A stretch of DNA of 56,134 bases from Acidimicrobiia bacterium (GTDB lineage: Bacteria; Actinomycetota; Acidimicrobiia; Acidimicrobiales; JANYDT01), in contig JANMYF010000370.1 in assembly GCA_031381685.1 (NCBI GenBank), positions 1 to 56,134 on the forward strand, read 5' to 3'. A program made the translations under genes and the position numbers. Each line of letters opens with the position of its first letter. The first letter of the stretch is position 1. Below, in pieces: positions 38,167 through 48,348 of the stretch. A model generated the notes under the pieces. That model was given only the letters and a program-made list of their open reading frames with translations. It did not search any database and was not told the DNA's origin.

Positions 38167-39100
38167 CCACCGTCATCATCGGGCCCGCGGCCAAACGTTC
38201 GTCCCGGGCGGCCGTGATCGACTCTTCGAGCTCCGCTTCGATCTCGGCAACCTCGTCGGCATCATCGCTGCTATCGAGCAGGGGCACGATCGCCTCGGCC
38301 GAATCGTCACTCGTGCCGTCCTCCCACGAACGGATGTCGATGATCGATCGATCGAGACCGTCAGGCTGCCAACAGACGTGGAGCTCACCGAAGCTCTGCG
38401 CCTGGTCGAGCTCGACCCACCCCTGCTTGTAGAGCTCCAGCACCGCGAGGAACCGCACGATCAGCTCGGCGGGCTCGGTCACACCGACCGTCAACATGCG
38501 GAACGTGGCCCGGCCGAGACCGGGCAGCACCTGGGCGAGCTCCGCGACCGCTTCGCCGACGGTGATGCGCACGGGCGTGATGTGATCGACCCTGACCGAC
38601 GGAAGCTCTTTCGGAAAGGCGAGACGCGACACCACTCGGCGGAACGCCTCGCGGATCTGTTCGGGCGTCGATCCGGCCAGCGGATCCGCCGTGACCGACA
38701 AGAACCGCTCCTCGATGACGTTCGTCCGGGGAAACGAACGCGACGCGCTCTGTTCGAGACGGCGCAGAAATGCTGCGGCCCCGCGAAACGTCTGGTACTC
38801 CAACAACTTGGCCAGGAGAAGGTCTCGCTCTTCGAGCAGCGCGAGCTCCTCGTCGAGGTCGACGGCGGACCGTTCGGGCAGCAGTCGACGGAGCTTGAGC
38901 TCGACCAGTGTGGCGGCGATCAGGAGGAATTCCGTGGCCACATCGAGGTCGAGGCTCTCCATGACCGCGATCTCGTGGAGGAACGCGTCGACGATGCGCG
39001 ACAGCGACACTTCGTAGAGGTCGACCTGCTCTTTGGTGATCAGATGCAGCAGGAGATCGAAGGGACCCTCGAACACCGGGGTGGAAACATCGACCGACAC
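38150..39100 (-). CDS. scpA: Segregation and condensation protein A
   Basis: FEGPFDLLLHLI, EFLLIAATL..K..LLP and FLAVLELYK. Confidence 0.95.
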   Translation of the reverse strand: MSVDVSTPVFEGPFDLLLHLITKEQVDLYEVSLSRIVDAFLHEIAVMESLDLDVATEFLLIAATLVELKLRRLLPERSAVDLDEELALLEERDLLLAKLLEYQTFRGAAAFLRRLEQSASRSFPRTNVIEERFLSVTADPLAGSTPEQIREAFRRVVSRLAFPKELPSVRVDHITPVRITVGEAVAELAQVLPGLGRATFRMLTVGVTEPAELIVRFLAVLELYKQGWVELDQAQSFGELHVCWQPDGLDRSIIDIRSWEDGTSDDSAEAIVPLLDSSDDADEVAEIEAELEESITAARDERLAAGPMMTVDDYDG

Positions 39101-39203
39101 GGCGTAGCAGCCTACTGGAGCAGGGAAACCCCGGAATTGGCGCACCGGTGGCTCCTACAATCGTCCCCTTGATGAATCTCCTCGCCCCGATCGCCCCCCG
39201 CTC

Positions 39204-40184
39204 ATGACTCGGGTCCTGTCGTGCATCCAACCGACCGGGGAGAAGCACCTCGGGAACTTCATCGGGGCCGTGATGCGATGGGTCGAGGACCAGAGCCCCG
39301 ACAGCTTCCACGGCGTCGTCGATCTCCATGCGCTCACCGTCCGGCGGGACCCTGCCATGCTCCGGGCCAAGACCAGGGAAACGGCAATGCTGCTGGTCGC
39401 CGCCGGCATCGACCCCAACAGCAGCTGCATCTTCGTGCAGAGCCACGTGCCCGAACATGCCCAGCTCAGCTGGATCATGGAGTGCACCGTCGGCTACGGC
39501 GAGCTGTCCCGCATGACGCAGTTCAAGGACAAGGCGGCCAAGCAGAGTGACGACAGCGTGCTCGCCGGGCTGTTCACGTACCCCGCCCTGATGGCCGCCG
39601 ACATCCTGCTCTACGATGCCGAACAGGTGCCCGTCGGAGACGATCAGCGTCAGCACATCGAGCTCACGCGTGATGCGGCGCAGCGGTTCAACCGTCTCTA
39701 CGGCGACACGTTCGTGGTTCCGGTCGGCACGATGCCGGCCGTCGGGGCCCGGGTGATGGACCTCCAGGAGCCGACCAACAAGATGTCCTCGTCCTTCACC
39801 TCGCCCGGCGGGACCATCGGTGTTCTCGACGCCCCCAAGGACATCGAGAAGAAGATCAAGCGGGCAATGACCGACCTCGACGGGGAGGTGCGCTTCGATC
39901 CGCAGAACAAACCCGGCGTGTCGAACCTGCTCTCCATCCTCGCCGCGACCAGCGGCGAAAAGGACCCGGCTGCCCTGGCATCTCGCTACACCCAGTACGG
40001 CCCGCTCAAGGCCGACACCGCGGCGTCGCTGATCGAGTACCTCCGACCGACGCAGCAACGGTTCGCCGAGCTCAGTGCCGACCCCGCCGAGATCGACCGC
40101 ATCCTTGCCGCAGGCGCGCAACGAGCGCAGTCGATTGCCTCGGTCACCCTGGACCGGGCCTTCAGAGCCGTCGGGCTCCGCTGA
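39204..40184 (+). CDS. trpS: Tryptophan--tRNA ligase
   Basis: QPTG..HLGN, YPALMAADILLY, VPVGDDQRQH, KMSSS and YGPLK. Confidence 0.97.
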   Translation: MTRVLSCIQPTGEKHLGNFIGAVMRWVEDQSPDSFHGVVDLHALTVRRDPAMLRAKTRETAMLLVAAGIDPNSSCIFVQSHVPEHAQLSWIMECTVGYGELSRMTQFKDKAAKQSDDSVLAGLFTYPALMAADILLYDAEQVPVGDDQRQHIELTRDAAQRFNRLYGDTFVVPVGTMPAVGARVMDLQEPTNKMSSSFTSPGGTIGVLDAPKDIEKKIKRAMTDLDGEVRFDPQNKPGVSNLLSILAATSGEKDPAALASRYTQYGPLKADTAASLIEYLRPTQQRFAELSADPAEIDRILAAGAQRAQSIASVTLDRAFRAVGLR

Positions 40185-40193
40185 TCGGCCGGC

Positions 40194-41135
40194 TCACCTC
40201 TGCACTCTCGCTCGGGGGTGCGCCTGCAGGAAGACGGAACGGAGGCGCTCGGCCGTGACCCGCGTGTAGCGCTGGGTCGTCGTCAGCGAGGCATGCCCGA
40301 GGAGTTCCTGGACCGTGCGAATGTCGGCGCCGTGCTCGATCATGTGGGTGGCGCACGAATGGCGGAACACGTGCGGGTGCACGACATCGGCCAGGCCCGC
40401 TTGTTCGGCGTGACCCTTCACCACGAGCCATGCGCCCTGACGGGTGAGACGTCCGCCCCGGGCATTGAGGAACACCGCCTCGGCATCCCCGCGTTTCGCC
40501 CACTGGCGCGGCTCCAACCGTGGTCTACCCGACGGCCCCAGGTACTCCACCAGTGCCCGCAAAGCGAACCCGGCGAGCGGGACGAGGCGCTCCTTCGAGC
40601 CTTTGCCGAGCACACGGGCCATGCCGTCGTCGAGGTCGAGTGCCGAGAGCTGCAAGCCGACCAGTTCGCTGATCCTCATGCCGGTGCCGTAGAGCACTTC
40701 CAGCATCGCCCGATCGCGGTACCCCACCCCGTCCACCCCGATGCAGGTATCGAGCACCCGGGTGATCTCCTCCTCGGACAAGGCCTTCGGCACGGCATCG
40801 GCGACCTTGGGCACCGACAGGTCCCGGCCCACCGACCCTTCGGCGAGGCCCTCCGACGTGCGCCACCGATGGAACGACCGGATCGTCACCGCGGCCCGCC
40901 GCAGCGAGGCGACAGCGAGGTCTCGAGACCGCAAGGCCTCGAGATGGCGGAGGATCGTGTCGTCGTCGGCCTCTTCGATCGTGATCCCGCGGTCCGTGAG
41001 CCAACCCGCATACCGGGCGAGATCTCGTCGATAGGCGACCAGGGTGTTCGAACTCCGTCCTCGCTCGAGTAGCAGCGAGGTGAGGAACGCCTCGACATCG
41101 GGGTGTGCAGTGGGCGAAGCCGTCGCCGTCGCCAC
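40194..41135 (-). CDS. xerD: Site-specific tyrosine recombinase XerD
   Basis: AYRRDL, RDRAMLEVLYGTGMRISE, GKGSKER, LTRQG, HVFRHSCATH, LLGH and TTQRYT. Canonical position after pyrG-nudF. Confidence 0.93.
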   Translation of the reverse strand: MATATASPTAHPDVEAFLTSLLLERGRSSNTLVAYRRDLARYAGWLTDRGITIEEADDDTILRHLEALRSRDLAVASLRRAAVTIRSFHRWRTSEGLAEGSVGRDLSVPKVADAVPKALSEEEITRVLDTCIGVDGVGYRDRAMLEVLYGTGMRISELVGLQLSALDLDDGMARVLGKGSKERLVPLAGFALRALVEYLGPSGRPRLEPRQWAKRGDAEAVFLNARGGRLTRQGAWLVVKGHAEQAGLADVVHPHVFRHSCATHMIEHGADIRTVQELLGHASLTTTQRYTRVTAERLRSVFLQAHPRARVQR

Positions 41136-41138
41136 CGT

Positions 41139-41723
41139 CTACTGTCCCCGGGCGACGAGCAAAGCGAACGCGTAGGCCGTCTTCCCGTCGATGATCTCAC
41201 CGGCCTCGATCATCGCCAGCGCATCGCTGAGCCGCAGCCGGCTCACGACCATGTCGTGTTCTTCGGGTCCGTGTCGCTCGGTGTCGACGACCGTGAGATC
41301 GCGGGCGACGAAGATCGTCACCCGCTCGTCGGTCATACCCGGAGCAGGAACATACGTGCACAGATGATCAAGACGGCCGCACAGAAGACCGACTTCTTCA
41401 CGCAACTCCCGACGAGCAGCCTCGTCGAGCGGCTCCCCCGGACGATCGAGGAGACCGGCCGGGATCTCGAGAAGACGGTCCATCACCGACGCCCGGAACT
41501 GGCTGACGACGGTGATCGTTCCATCGTCGTGCATCGGAACCACCGCGACCGCGCCGTTGTGACGGACGATCTGCCGACGGAACGCCACGCCGTTCGGTGA
41601 CTCGAAGGTCTCGTCCGTGAGTCGGAAGACGGGCCCATCGTAGATCGGCGCCGTCGACACCAATCGGAAGTCGCCGCTACCGGCGGACACCGATCGTGGC
41701 ATCACGCTGCCATCGCCGCTCAC
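41139..41723 (-). CDS. nudF: NUDIX hydrolase (ADP-ribose pyrophosphatase-like)
   Basis: EIPAG..GE...AARRELREEVG Nudix box and IDGKT. GTG 41723 overlaps the pyrG stop (GTGA). Confidence 0.88.
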   Translation of the reverse strand: MSGDGSVMPRSVSAGSGDFRLVSTAPIYDGPVFRLTDETFESPNGVAFRRQIVRHNGAVAVVPMHDDGTITVVSQFRASVMDRLLEIPAGLLDRPGEPLDEAARRELREEVGLLCGRLDHLCTYVPAPGMTDERVTIFVARDLTVVDTERHGPEEHDMVVSRLRLSDALAMIEAGEIIDGKTAYAFALLVARGQ

Positions 41724-43381
41724 GCGACCGAAACGGAGGGACCCAGGTGATCGACCTCGATGAGGCGCGGCTGGCGTCCTTCGGCCCGCAGTACCGCGGC
41801 GGCAACAAGTTCGCGGAACAGCGGGTGTGGTCGCTGTGGGCGGGACAGGAACTCCGGATGGGCCTGGGTGCCGACCCAGTACGGATGATTGCCGAGCTCG
41901 ATGAACTCGCACAAACGCCCATCGGGCGACATTCCCGAGAGGGTCAGCCCGCCTTCCATCAAGCGGCGGTGATACCGAGGGTTCACCTCGTAGCGGTGAC
42001 GGTGCCGTTCGTAAACGACCTCACGACCGTATGCGCGCTGAACTTTCGTGCCGAGAACGAGAGCCGCCGGGTAAGTGCCGAGACGCATGGTGCCGCCCTT
42101 CTCCACCACCTCGCGCTGCTCGTCCATCAAGTCGATCACGCGGTCCGGGGACAGCGGATCGAACTCGCTGGAGTTCGCGTCGGGCAGATCGAGAACGTGG
42201 CGGGCGAAGTCGATCACCATGACCTGCAGACCGAGGCAGATGCCGAGGCACGGAATGTTCGATTCCCGCGACCACTGCGCCGCGGCGATCTTGCCGCCGA
42301 TCCCCCGTTCACCGAAGCCACCCGGGATGACGATCCCATCGAGGTTGTTGAGCCGTCCGTCGCGGAGAAGATCCGGGACGTGCTCCGCCTGGATCAGTTC
42401 GATCTCCACATTCACGCCGTGGAACACGCCGGCATGTCGCAGCGACTCAACTACCGAGAGGTACGCGTCGATCAAGTTGACGTACTTGCCGATCAGGCCG
42501 ATCCGAACCGAACCACGCAGCGAGCCCACCCGACGCACCAGCGCACGCCAGTCCTCGAGGTTGATGGGGTGTTCGTTCTGGTCGATACGCAAGATGTCGC
42601 ACACATAGGAATCGAGTCCCTCGGCGTGAAGGTTCAACGGCACCTCGTAGAGCGATGACGCGTCGGTTGCGCTGATGACCGCTTCGGGCTCGACGTCGCA
42701 GAGCCCGCTGATCTTGCGCTTGATGTCATCGGGAATCGGACGGTCGCTGCGGCACACGATGACGTCCGGCTGGATGCCTCGGGCGCGGAGCTCGGTGACG
42801 GAGTGCTGTGTCGGCTTGGTCTTCTGCTCACCGGATGGTCCGATGAACGGCAGCAACGTGACATGCAGGTAGCAGACGTTGTCGCGGCCGACCTGTTTGC
42901 GCATCTGCCGGATCGCCTCGAGGAACGGCAGGATCTCGATGTCGCCGACGGTGCCGCCGACTTCAGTGATCACGACATCGACATCGTCGGTTGCCAGCGC
43001 CAGGATTCGCCGCTTGATCTCGTCGGTCACGTGCGGGATGACCTGGACGGTCTTGCCGAGGTAGTCACCGCGACGTTCCTTGGCGAGGATGGTCTGGTAG
43101 ATCGAGCCCGACGTGGCGTTGCCGTTGCGGGGGAGATCGACGTCGATGAAGCGCTCATAGTGCCCCAGGTCGAGGTCAGTCTCACCGCCATCGGCGGTTA
43201 CGAACACCTCACCGTGCTCGAACGGGTTCATGGTGCCCGGATCGACATTGAGGTAGGGGTCGAGCTTCTGCATCGTGACCCGCAGGCCCCGCTGCTTGAG
43301 CAGTCGGCCGAGCGACGCCGCCGTGATTCCCTTCCCCAGAGAACTTGCCACGCCGCCCGTCACGAAGATGTGCTTAGCCAC
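41720..43381 (-). CDS. pyrG: CTP synthase
   Basis: FVTGGVASSLGKG, DPYLNVDPGTM, KTKPTQ, PGGFG, GICLG and QAHPE. Confidence 0.98.
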   Translation of the reverse strand: MAKHIFVTGGVASSLGKGITAASLGRLLKQRGLRVTMQKLDPYLNVDPGTMNPFEHGEVFVTADGGETDLDLGHYERFIDVDLPRNGNATSGSIYQTILAKERRGDYLGKTVQVIPHVTDEIKRRILALATDDVDVVITEVGGTVGDIEILPFLEAIRQMRKQVGRDNVCYLHVTLLPFIGPSGEQKTKPTQHSVTELRARGIQPDVIVCRSDRPIPDDIKRKISGLCDVEPEAVISATDASSLYEVPLNLHAEGLDSYVCDILRIDQNEHPINLEDWRALVRRVGSLRGSVRIGLIGKYVNLIDAYLSVVESLRHAGVFHGVNVEIELIQAEHVPDLLRDGRLNNLDGIVIPGGFGERGIGGKIAAAQWSRESNIPCLGICLGLQVMVIDFARHVLDLPDANSSEFDPLSPDRVIDLMDEQREVVEKGGTMRLGTYPAALVLGTKVQRAYGREVVYERHRHRYEVNPRYHRRLMEGGLTLSGMSPDGRLCEFIELGNHPYWVGTQAHPEFLSRPQRPHPLFRELVAAAVLRAEGRQPRLIEVDHLGPSVSVA

Positions 43382-43444
43382 GGGACAACACCCTACCCCG
43401 CCGATCGCCGCGACGGGAGGAGCCTGATCGGGAATTTCGGGTGA

Positions 43445-44416
43445 CTACGCGCCGTGGGAACGGCGCTCGGGAAGCGTACCGAGACGATCGAACCAGCGCA
43501 GCGGGCGAACGCGGTCGATCACGGTGGTGAACGACACCTTTTCGCTGGCCAGGTTCAGTACGACCAGCACGACGAGAACAGCCACCCGGACCCCTTGCGG
43601 CGTCACCAGCACGCAGACACCCAGCATCGCTCCGATGGGATTCGCGCCGGTGTCGCCGAGCATGCTCCGTTCGCGAAGATCATCTCCGAGCATCGCGATG
43701 AGCACACCGACCAGCACCGCAAGCGCCAGCGTGGGACGAAAGCTCGCGGCGTAGAGGTACGAGGTCATGAAGGCGACCATCCCGGCGAGGAGAAGTGAAC
43801 TCGTCAGCAGAGTGACCTTCAGACAGCGACCGGGAGCCCGGTCCAACAGATTCGCAAGGTTCGCCGCGAGCGCGATCACGGCTCCGTTGACCAACACCCA
43901 GACGAAGCCGCGGTCACCAGCAGTCGGGAAAGTGGCGGCGAGCGCCAACGCGACCACACCCCCGCCGAACAGTTTCAGTGCCCCGGTGCTCAGTCGACCC
44001 GTCCGCAACGTCGCAAGATGACCTCGGAAACCCCGCGCCGATCCCGTCGCCCCGAGATCGTCGACGAGCCCCAACAGGCTGAAGACGAGAACGGGAAAGC
44101 CGACGTAGGAGATCCCGACGAAAAAGTTCACCCAATCGTCGCTCCGCAGGGCGGCCGGCAGACGATCCCGGTACACGAACCACCCCGAGATCGACGATGT
44201 CGCGACCAACACCAGCCCGACGACCACGATGACGAGACCACTGCACACGCCCACCTCGGCGCCCCGGTAGTTCGTGCGCCGGAACACGGGCGCCTCCAGG
44301 ATCGGACGCACCAGACGAACGGCGATCGCCCCGAGCACGAGGCCGGCGAGCATGCCGAGACCCAGAACCAGCGTTGCCACCAGCCGGGGTGGCCACCGCA
44401 GGATCACGTCGATCAT
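43445..44416 (-). CDS. MraY/WecA-like (glycosyltransferase family 4) membrane protein
   Basis: Multiple TM segments, with RTNYRG, LGLVDD, RGH..L..G.LSTG.LK, NLANLLD..PGR, MLGDTGAN and SEKVSF. Confidence 0.8.
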   Translation of the reverse strand: MIDVILRWPPRLVATLVLGLGMLAGLVLGAIAVRLVRPILEAPVFRRTNYRGAEVGVCSGLVIVVVGLVLVATSSISGWFVYRDRLPAALRSDDWVNFFVGISYVGFPVLVFSLLGLVDDLGATGSARGFRGHLATLRTGRLSTGALKLFGGGVVALALAATFPTAGDRGFVWVLVNGAVIALAANLANLLDRAPGRCLKVTLLTSSLLLAGMVAFMTSYLYAASFRPTLALAVLVGVLIAMLGDDLRERSMLGDTGANPIGAMLGVCVLVTPQGVRVAVLVVLVVLNLASEKVSFTTVIDRVRPLRWFDRLGTLPERRSHGA

Positions 44417-44438
44417 TTCGTTACCACTTTCGCCTCCG

Positions 44439-47417
44439 TCACGGGTCCGCGACCGCGGACGTGATGACGCGCGCGTCATCATCGCGTTGCAGCGCGAGAA
44501 GTGTGACGAATGGACCGAGGTACACGAAGACGAGTGCCGTCACCACGGTGCCGGAGTCGTTTGCGGCGAACCCGAGCAAACCGCACAAAAGGGCCGCGAC
44601 CACGCCGGCCCGAAGTGCCGTGCCCCGCGGGATGTCACGCTCCCAGCCACGCTGCACGACCAAGAAGAACAGCAGCACGATGGCGATGATCGGCACGATC
44701 CACGTCCAGAACGAACCGGTGAACACGCGGATGTTCGTCGCGATCTTGCGCGAGACCGTCGTCATGAACGTCGATGACCCGGGTTCGTCTCCGAGCATTG
44801 CCGCGACCAGGCGGCCGAGATGGGTGCGCGAATCGGCCGGACGCTGATAATCGAGTCCGGCGGCGGCCGCCAAAGCCGTCAGCGTGGCCACGCCGGCAAA
44901 GATCACCGGTTTGGCCCGCAACGCGCGGCCCGACATCACGTAGAGCAGCAGGCCGAAAACCGGAACGAGCGTCAGGATGCCGCCGACGTCGGACCCGAGG
45001 AACGGCGCTCCGTCGACCACGAGAACCACGCCGCAGACGAGACCCGCTCCGAAAAGGGCCTCGCGTGTCCTCGGGGCGTATTGCACATGGATGGCGGACC
45101 ACAGGACGCTCGTTGACGCCAGCGCAGCGAAGGCGGCGTTGCCGATCCCGGTGAACCGGGCAGCGGTGTGCGGCGAGTATCCGAGGATGCTCGACTGCTG
45201 CAGTGCTGCGCCGGAAGACAGATCGATCACGTTTATGGCAACCGTGGCGAACAGGATCCACGAGAGCGGACTCAAGGGATGCCGCCTCGCCCGCCGGGCA
45301 AGAGCGACGATCGCCAGGTCGAGCGCGATCATCACCAGGGCCCCGAACGGGCCGAGCAACCAGGCATTCGGGAGCATCCGGAAGACGAACGTGGTGAGCG
45401 GCCACGCGGCAATGCCGAGGACGATCCAGGAGAGGACCCGTCGCATCGGGCCCACTGACCCACGAGACGAGAACAGCAGCATCGTGAGCAGATAGACGAT
45501 GACCTGGAAGATCACGTAGCCCTTGGTCAACGGAAGATAGATCCGCTCGCGATAGCCGGCGAGATCGTTCATATCCCGGAGCCGTTCGATGCTGGCCGGT
45601 CGGTCGGTGGCGTGGAAGCGCAACGGGTGGCCGATCATGTCGACACTCGTCGGCTGACCCACCGGATCGATACCAAGCGCGCTGAGGATCGTCGGGGAGA
45701 GGTCGGTCAACGTGATGAGTCCGAGCCGCTTCGTCGATGGCGAATGCGCGTAGCCGGGCACCACCCCCGCACCCCACAACACCGTCGGCGTGAGCTCCCA
45801 CGTGCCCGTCGGGGGACGCATCCCGGCGACGATCAACAGCACATCCGGCGGAAGCGCGCCGACAACCTTCGCGACCAACGCGTCGGTGCGACGAAGCGCA
45901 TCAACGCGCAGTTCCTCGAACCGGTCCTCGGTCGTGAAACCCTTGAAGGCAAACGCCCGATCCATCTCCCCCGGGTCGACGACGGTGACGTCGCTCTCAT
46001 CGACGGCTCGGGCGAACGCGTCGAGGAAGACGCGCTCGTCGACGGTCACACCGAACGGTTTGGTCACATCGGGCCGCAACAGACCGGTGACGGTGCCGTG
46101 GGTCACCGAGCCGCCGAGGTCGGCGAGCGCGACGGCCGTGGGCCGCTGGAGCGCGGCGTCGGGATCGCGGTCGACGAGACCGGTGTCGGACGAACCGACG
46201 ACTGCAGTGGACTTGCCGGCGAGGCGCAGCGTCTCACCGAGCGCCGCCGGCAGCGTCGGCAGGTATCGCCCCTCGTTCTTGGCGATGGTCTCCGCCAAGC
46301 CGGCCACCACAACGGCACCTGCAGAAGGTCGTCCCGTGCGCAGCTCCGCCACCTCGGCCGCCGTGAGCAGACCCACAGCATCGGAAGACCCGTAGGCATC
46401 CGCCGCGGCGTCGGCGGCGCGGACCCGGCCACCGGCTCCGAGCGACGCATAGGACTCCACCGTGGAAGGCCGGCTCGACAGCGTGCGGACGCTCGTCGCC
46501 GCCACCGCTCCTTCCCGGACCAGACGGTCGAGCGTCGGGGTGTCACCCGACCCGAGATCGTCGAGTGACAGGCGTGCAAAGCCGAAGACCACAACCTTCT
46601 TCACCGTCGTGCCGGCGGGGACGCTTGACGGCTCGAACCCGCCCGACCGCAGCAGCGCGACAGCGAGAAAGGCGACCGTCGTGACCACCATCAGGCCGAC
46701 GCGCATCGCGGGTGTCGTACGCCGGGACCACAGCGCGCGGATGATGTCGAGACCCTGGCGGCCGCGATGGGCGAACCCGGCCAGACTACGGCCCGTGTGG
46801 CGATGGTCGAAGTCCACCGCCACCTCGACCACCCTGGCCCCGGCCCGCACGGCATCGATCGTCATCGCCGTCTCCATGCCGAACCGGTCGGCCAGGGTCA
46901 ACGAACGGAGCAGACCGGCCCGCACGGCGCGCTGTCCTGAGAGGGGGGCCGTTGCCTCGAAGCCGGCCGCGCGACGGATACCCGTGCCGGCAAGCTCCTT
47001 GATCCGACCGAACCCGCCGCGGGCGCCCGCCGCCACGGTCGGCACGCCGATGACGAGATCGGCCTCGTCGTGTTCCAGGGGCGACAGGAGCGCTTCGGCG
47101 ATTCCGGCGGTGTCGCCGAGATCGGCGTCGATCAGCAGGTACGTCGACGCCTCGGGGCTCGCGGCGATGCCGGCCGAGACCGCACCACCCTTGCCACGGT
47201 TCACGCCGAGCCGAAGCACGGTGAACCGCGGATCATCGTTCGCGGCCTCGACGGCGACGAGCGACGTGTCATCGGCCGAGCCGTCGTCGATCACCACGAT
47301 CCGATCGATCTCCGACAGCGCAGCGAGCGCCCGGACGGTTGCCGCGATCGAGTCCGCGCGATCCTTGGCCGGCACGAGCGCGACGACCGGATGAAGTGAC
47401 GACACCGCTGACGTCAT
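44439..47417 (-). CDS. GT2 glycosyltransferase fused to an extracellular phosphatase-like domain and a polytopic membrane domain
   Basis: VIDDGSADDT, NRGKG, IDAD, PLSGQR and FGME, then a TM segment, LTDLSPTIL, RFTGIGN, G.DVGG, THLG and NDSG. Confidence 0.75.
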   Translation of the reverse strand: MTSAVSSLHPVVALVPAKDRADSIAATVRALAALSEIDRIVVIDDGSADDTSLVAVEAANDDPRFTVLRLGVNRGKGGAVSAGIAASPEASTYLLIDADLGDTAGIAEALLSPLEHDEADLVIGVPTVAAGARGGFGRIKELAGTGIRRAAGFEATAPLSGQRAVRAGLLRSLTLADRFGMETAMTIDAVRAGARVVEVAVDFDHRHTGRSLAGFAHRGRQGLDIIRALWSRRTTPAMRVGLMVVTTVAFLAVALLRSGGFEPSSVPAGTTVKKVVVFGFARLSLDDLGSGDTPTLDRLVREGAVAATSVRTLSSRPSTVESYASLGAGGRVRAADAAADAYGSSDAVGLLTAAEVAELRTGRPSAGAVVVAGLAETIAKNEGRYLPTLPAALGETLRLAGKSTAVVGSSDTGLVDRDPDAALQRPTAVALADLGGSVTHGTVTGLLRPDVTKPFGVTVDERVFLDAFARAVDESDVTVVDPGEMDRAFAFKGFTTEDRFEELRVDALRRTDALVAKVVGALPPDVLLIVAGMRPPTGTWELTPTVLWGAGVVPGYAHSPSTKRLGLITLTDLSPTILSALGIDPVGQPTSVDMIGHPLRFHATDRPASIERLRDMNDLAGYRERIYLPLTKGYVIFQVIVYLLTMLLFSSRGSVGPMRRVLSWIVLGIAAWPLTTFVFRMLPNAWLLGPFGALVMIALDLAIVALARRARRHPLSPLSWILFATVAINVIDLSSGAALQQSSILGYSPHTAARFTGIGNAAFAALASTSVLWSAIHVQYAPRTREALFGAGLVCGVVLVVDGAPFLGSDVGGILTLVPVFGLLLYVMSGRALRAKPVIFAGVATLTALAAAAGLDYQRPADSRTHLGRLVAAMLGDEPGSSTFMTTVSRKIATNIRVFTGSFWTWIVPIIAIVLLFFLVVQRGWERDIPRGTALRAGVVAALLCGLLGFAANDSGTVVTALVFVYLGPFVTLLALQRDDDARVITSAVADP

Positions 47418-48295
47418 GGCGCGGGGATCAGCCGTTCTGCGTCGTCAGCCAACCCGTAGTGACCGACCCGCCCTCCGCCGAGATCCTCCAGCGCGTAGAC
47501 CGTGCCGACCCGACCGGCTCGGCCGTCGACGTCGTCGATGGTCGACACCCGTGCGGCGAGGGCGGCGACCTTGCGCACCTGGCCCACAAGAGGATCCTCG
47601 TTCCGTCCCACGACGACAACGGGGGCCATGACCGCCAGCCGGCCGATCCAGGACGCGACGTCCGTGACCTCGACGGGCGACGATTCCCCGCGGAGGAACA
47701 CGACTCGGGTGCCGATCGGAATGACGTCCGGGAAGCTGCCGTCGGACGTTGACCGCTGTTCGATCAGACCGGCGGCGACAAGAGGCTGCAGCGACTCCAC
47801 GTCGAACGGGCGGCCGATCGCGCCAATGATGCGCTGACCCACGAGGAACCTCACGGTGTCGGGACGCGTCGAGGTGGCACCCACGGCGACCCGGGCGCGT
47901 TCGAGCACATCCGGCGCGGAGAGGTCGAGCGCCGGCCCGATCGCGAGAGTGCCGAGCACCCGGGCACCGGACGAACGCAGCGTGTTCGCCAGCTCGGCGG
48001 TGCGATCGTCGTCGATCGCCCCGTCGGTGACGAAGAGCACCGACTTCGCCAGCAACCGGTCGCTCACCATGCGGTCCTCGGACTGCTCGCCGAACGTCTC
48101 CAGCACCGCTTTGTCCTTCTTCAGGTCCGTGATTGCCGCAGCTCGATCCTGGAGGGTGCGGTCGAGCGACGCGATGCGCCGTTGCGACTGGGAGACGAGC
48201 CCCTGATCGACGACGGTGGCGCCGACGGCGATGCCGATGGCGAGAGCGAGGAAGACGGCCACCAGAGAAACGATGTGGAAGCGGAGGTTGATCAC
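47414..48295 (-). CDS. steB: SteB/MctB (DUF3186) family protein
   Basis: MINLRFHIVSLVAVFLALAIGIAVG N-terminus, coiled coil, VSTIDD and GHYG. Directly downstream of steA. Confidence 0.85.
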   Translation of the reverse strand: MINLRFHIVSLVAVFLALAIGIAVGATVVDQGLVSQSQRRIASLDRTLQDRAAAITDLKKDKAVLETFGEQSEDRMVSDRLLAKSVLFVTDGAIDDDRTAELANTLRSSGARVLGTLAIGPALDLSAPDVLERARVAVGATSTRPDTVRFLVGQRIIGAIGRPFDVESLQPLVAAGLIEQRSTSDGSFPDVIPIGTRVVFLRGESSPVEVTDVASWIGRLAVMAPVVVVGRNEDPLVGQVRKVAALAARVSTIDDVDGRAGRVGTVYALEDLGGGRVGHYGLADDAERLIPAP

Positions 48296-48348
48296 CGAGC
48301 TCCCCCACCCACGAGCACAGCAACAATGTGGAAGCGGAGGTTGATCAC
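48292..48348 (-). CDS. Putative 18-aa mini-ORF MINLRFHIVAVLVGGGAR, coupled to steB
   Basis: GTG start. Its TGA overlaps the steB GTG (GTGA). Confidence 0.45.
   Translation of the reverse strand: MINLRFHIVAVLVGGGAR

Noticed and set aside
40194-41135. Phage or island integrase
   Set aside because: The sequence and the pyrG-nudF-xerD-scpAB context fit housekeeping XerD. No att sites or phage genes seen.
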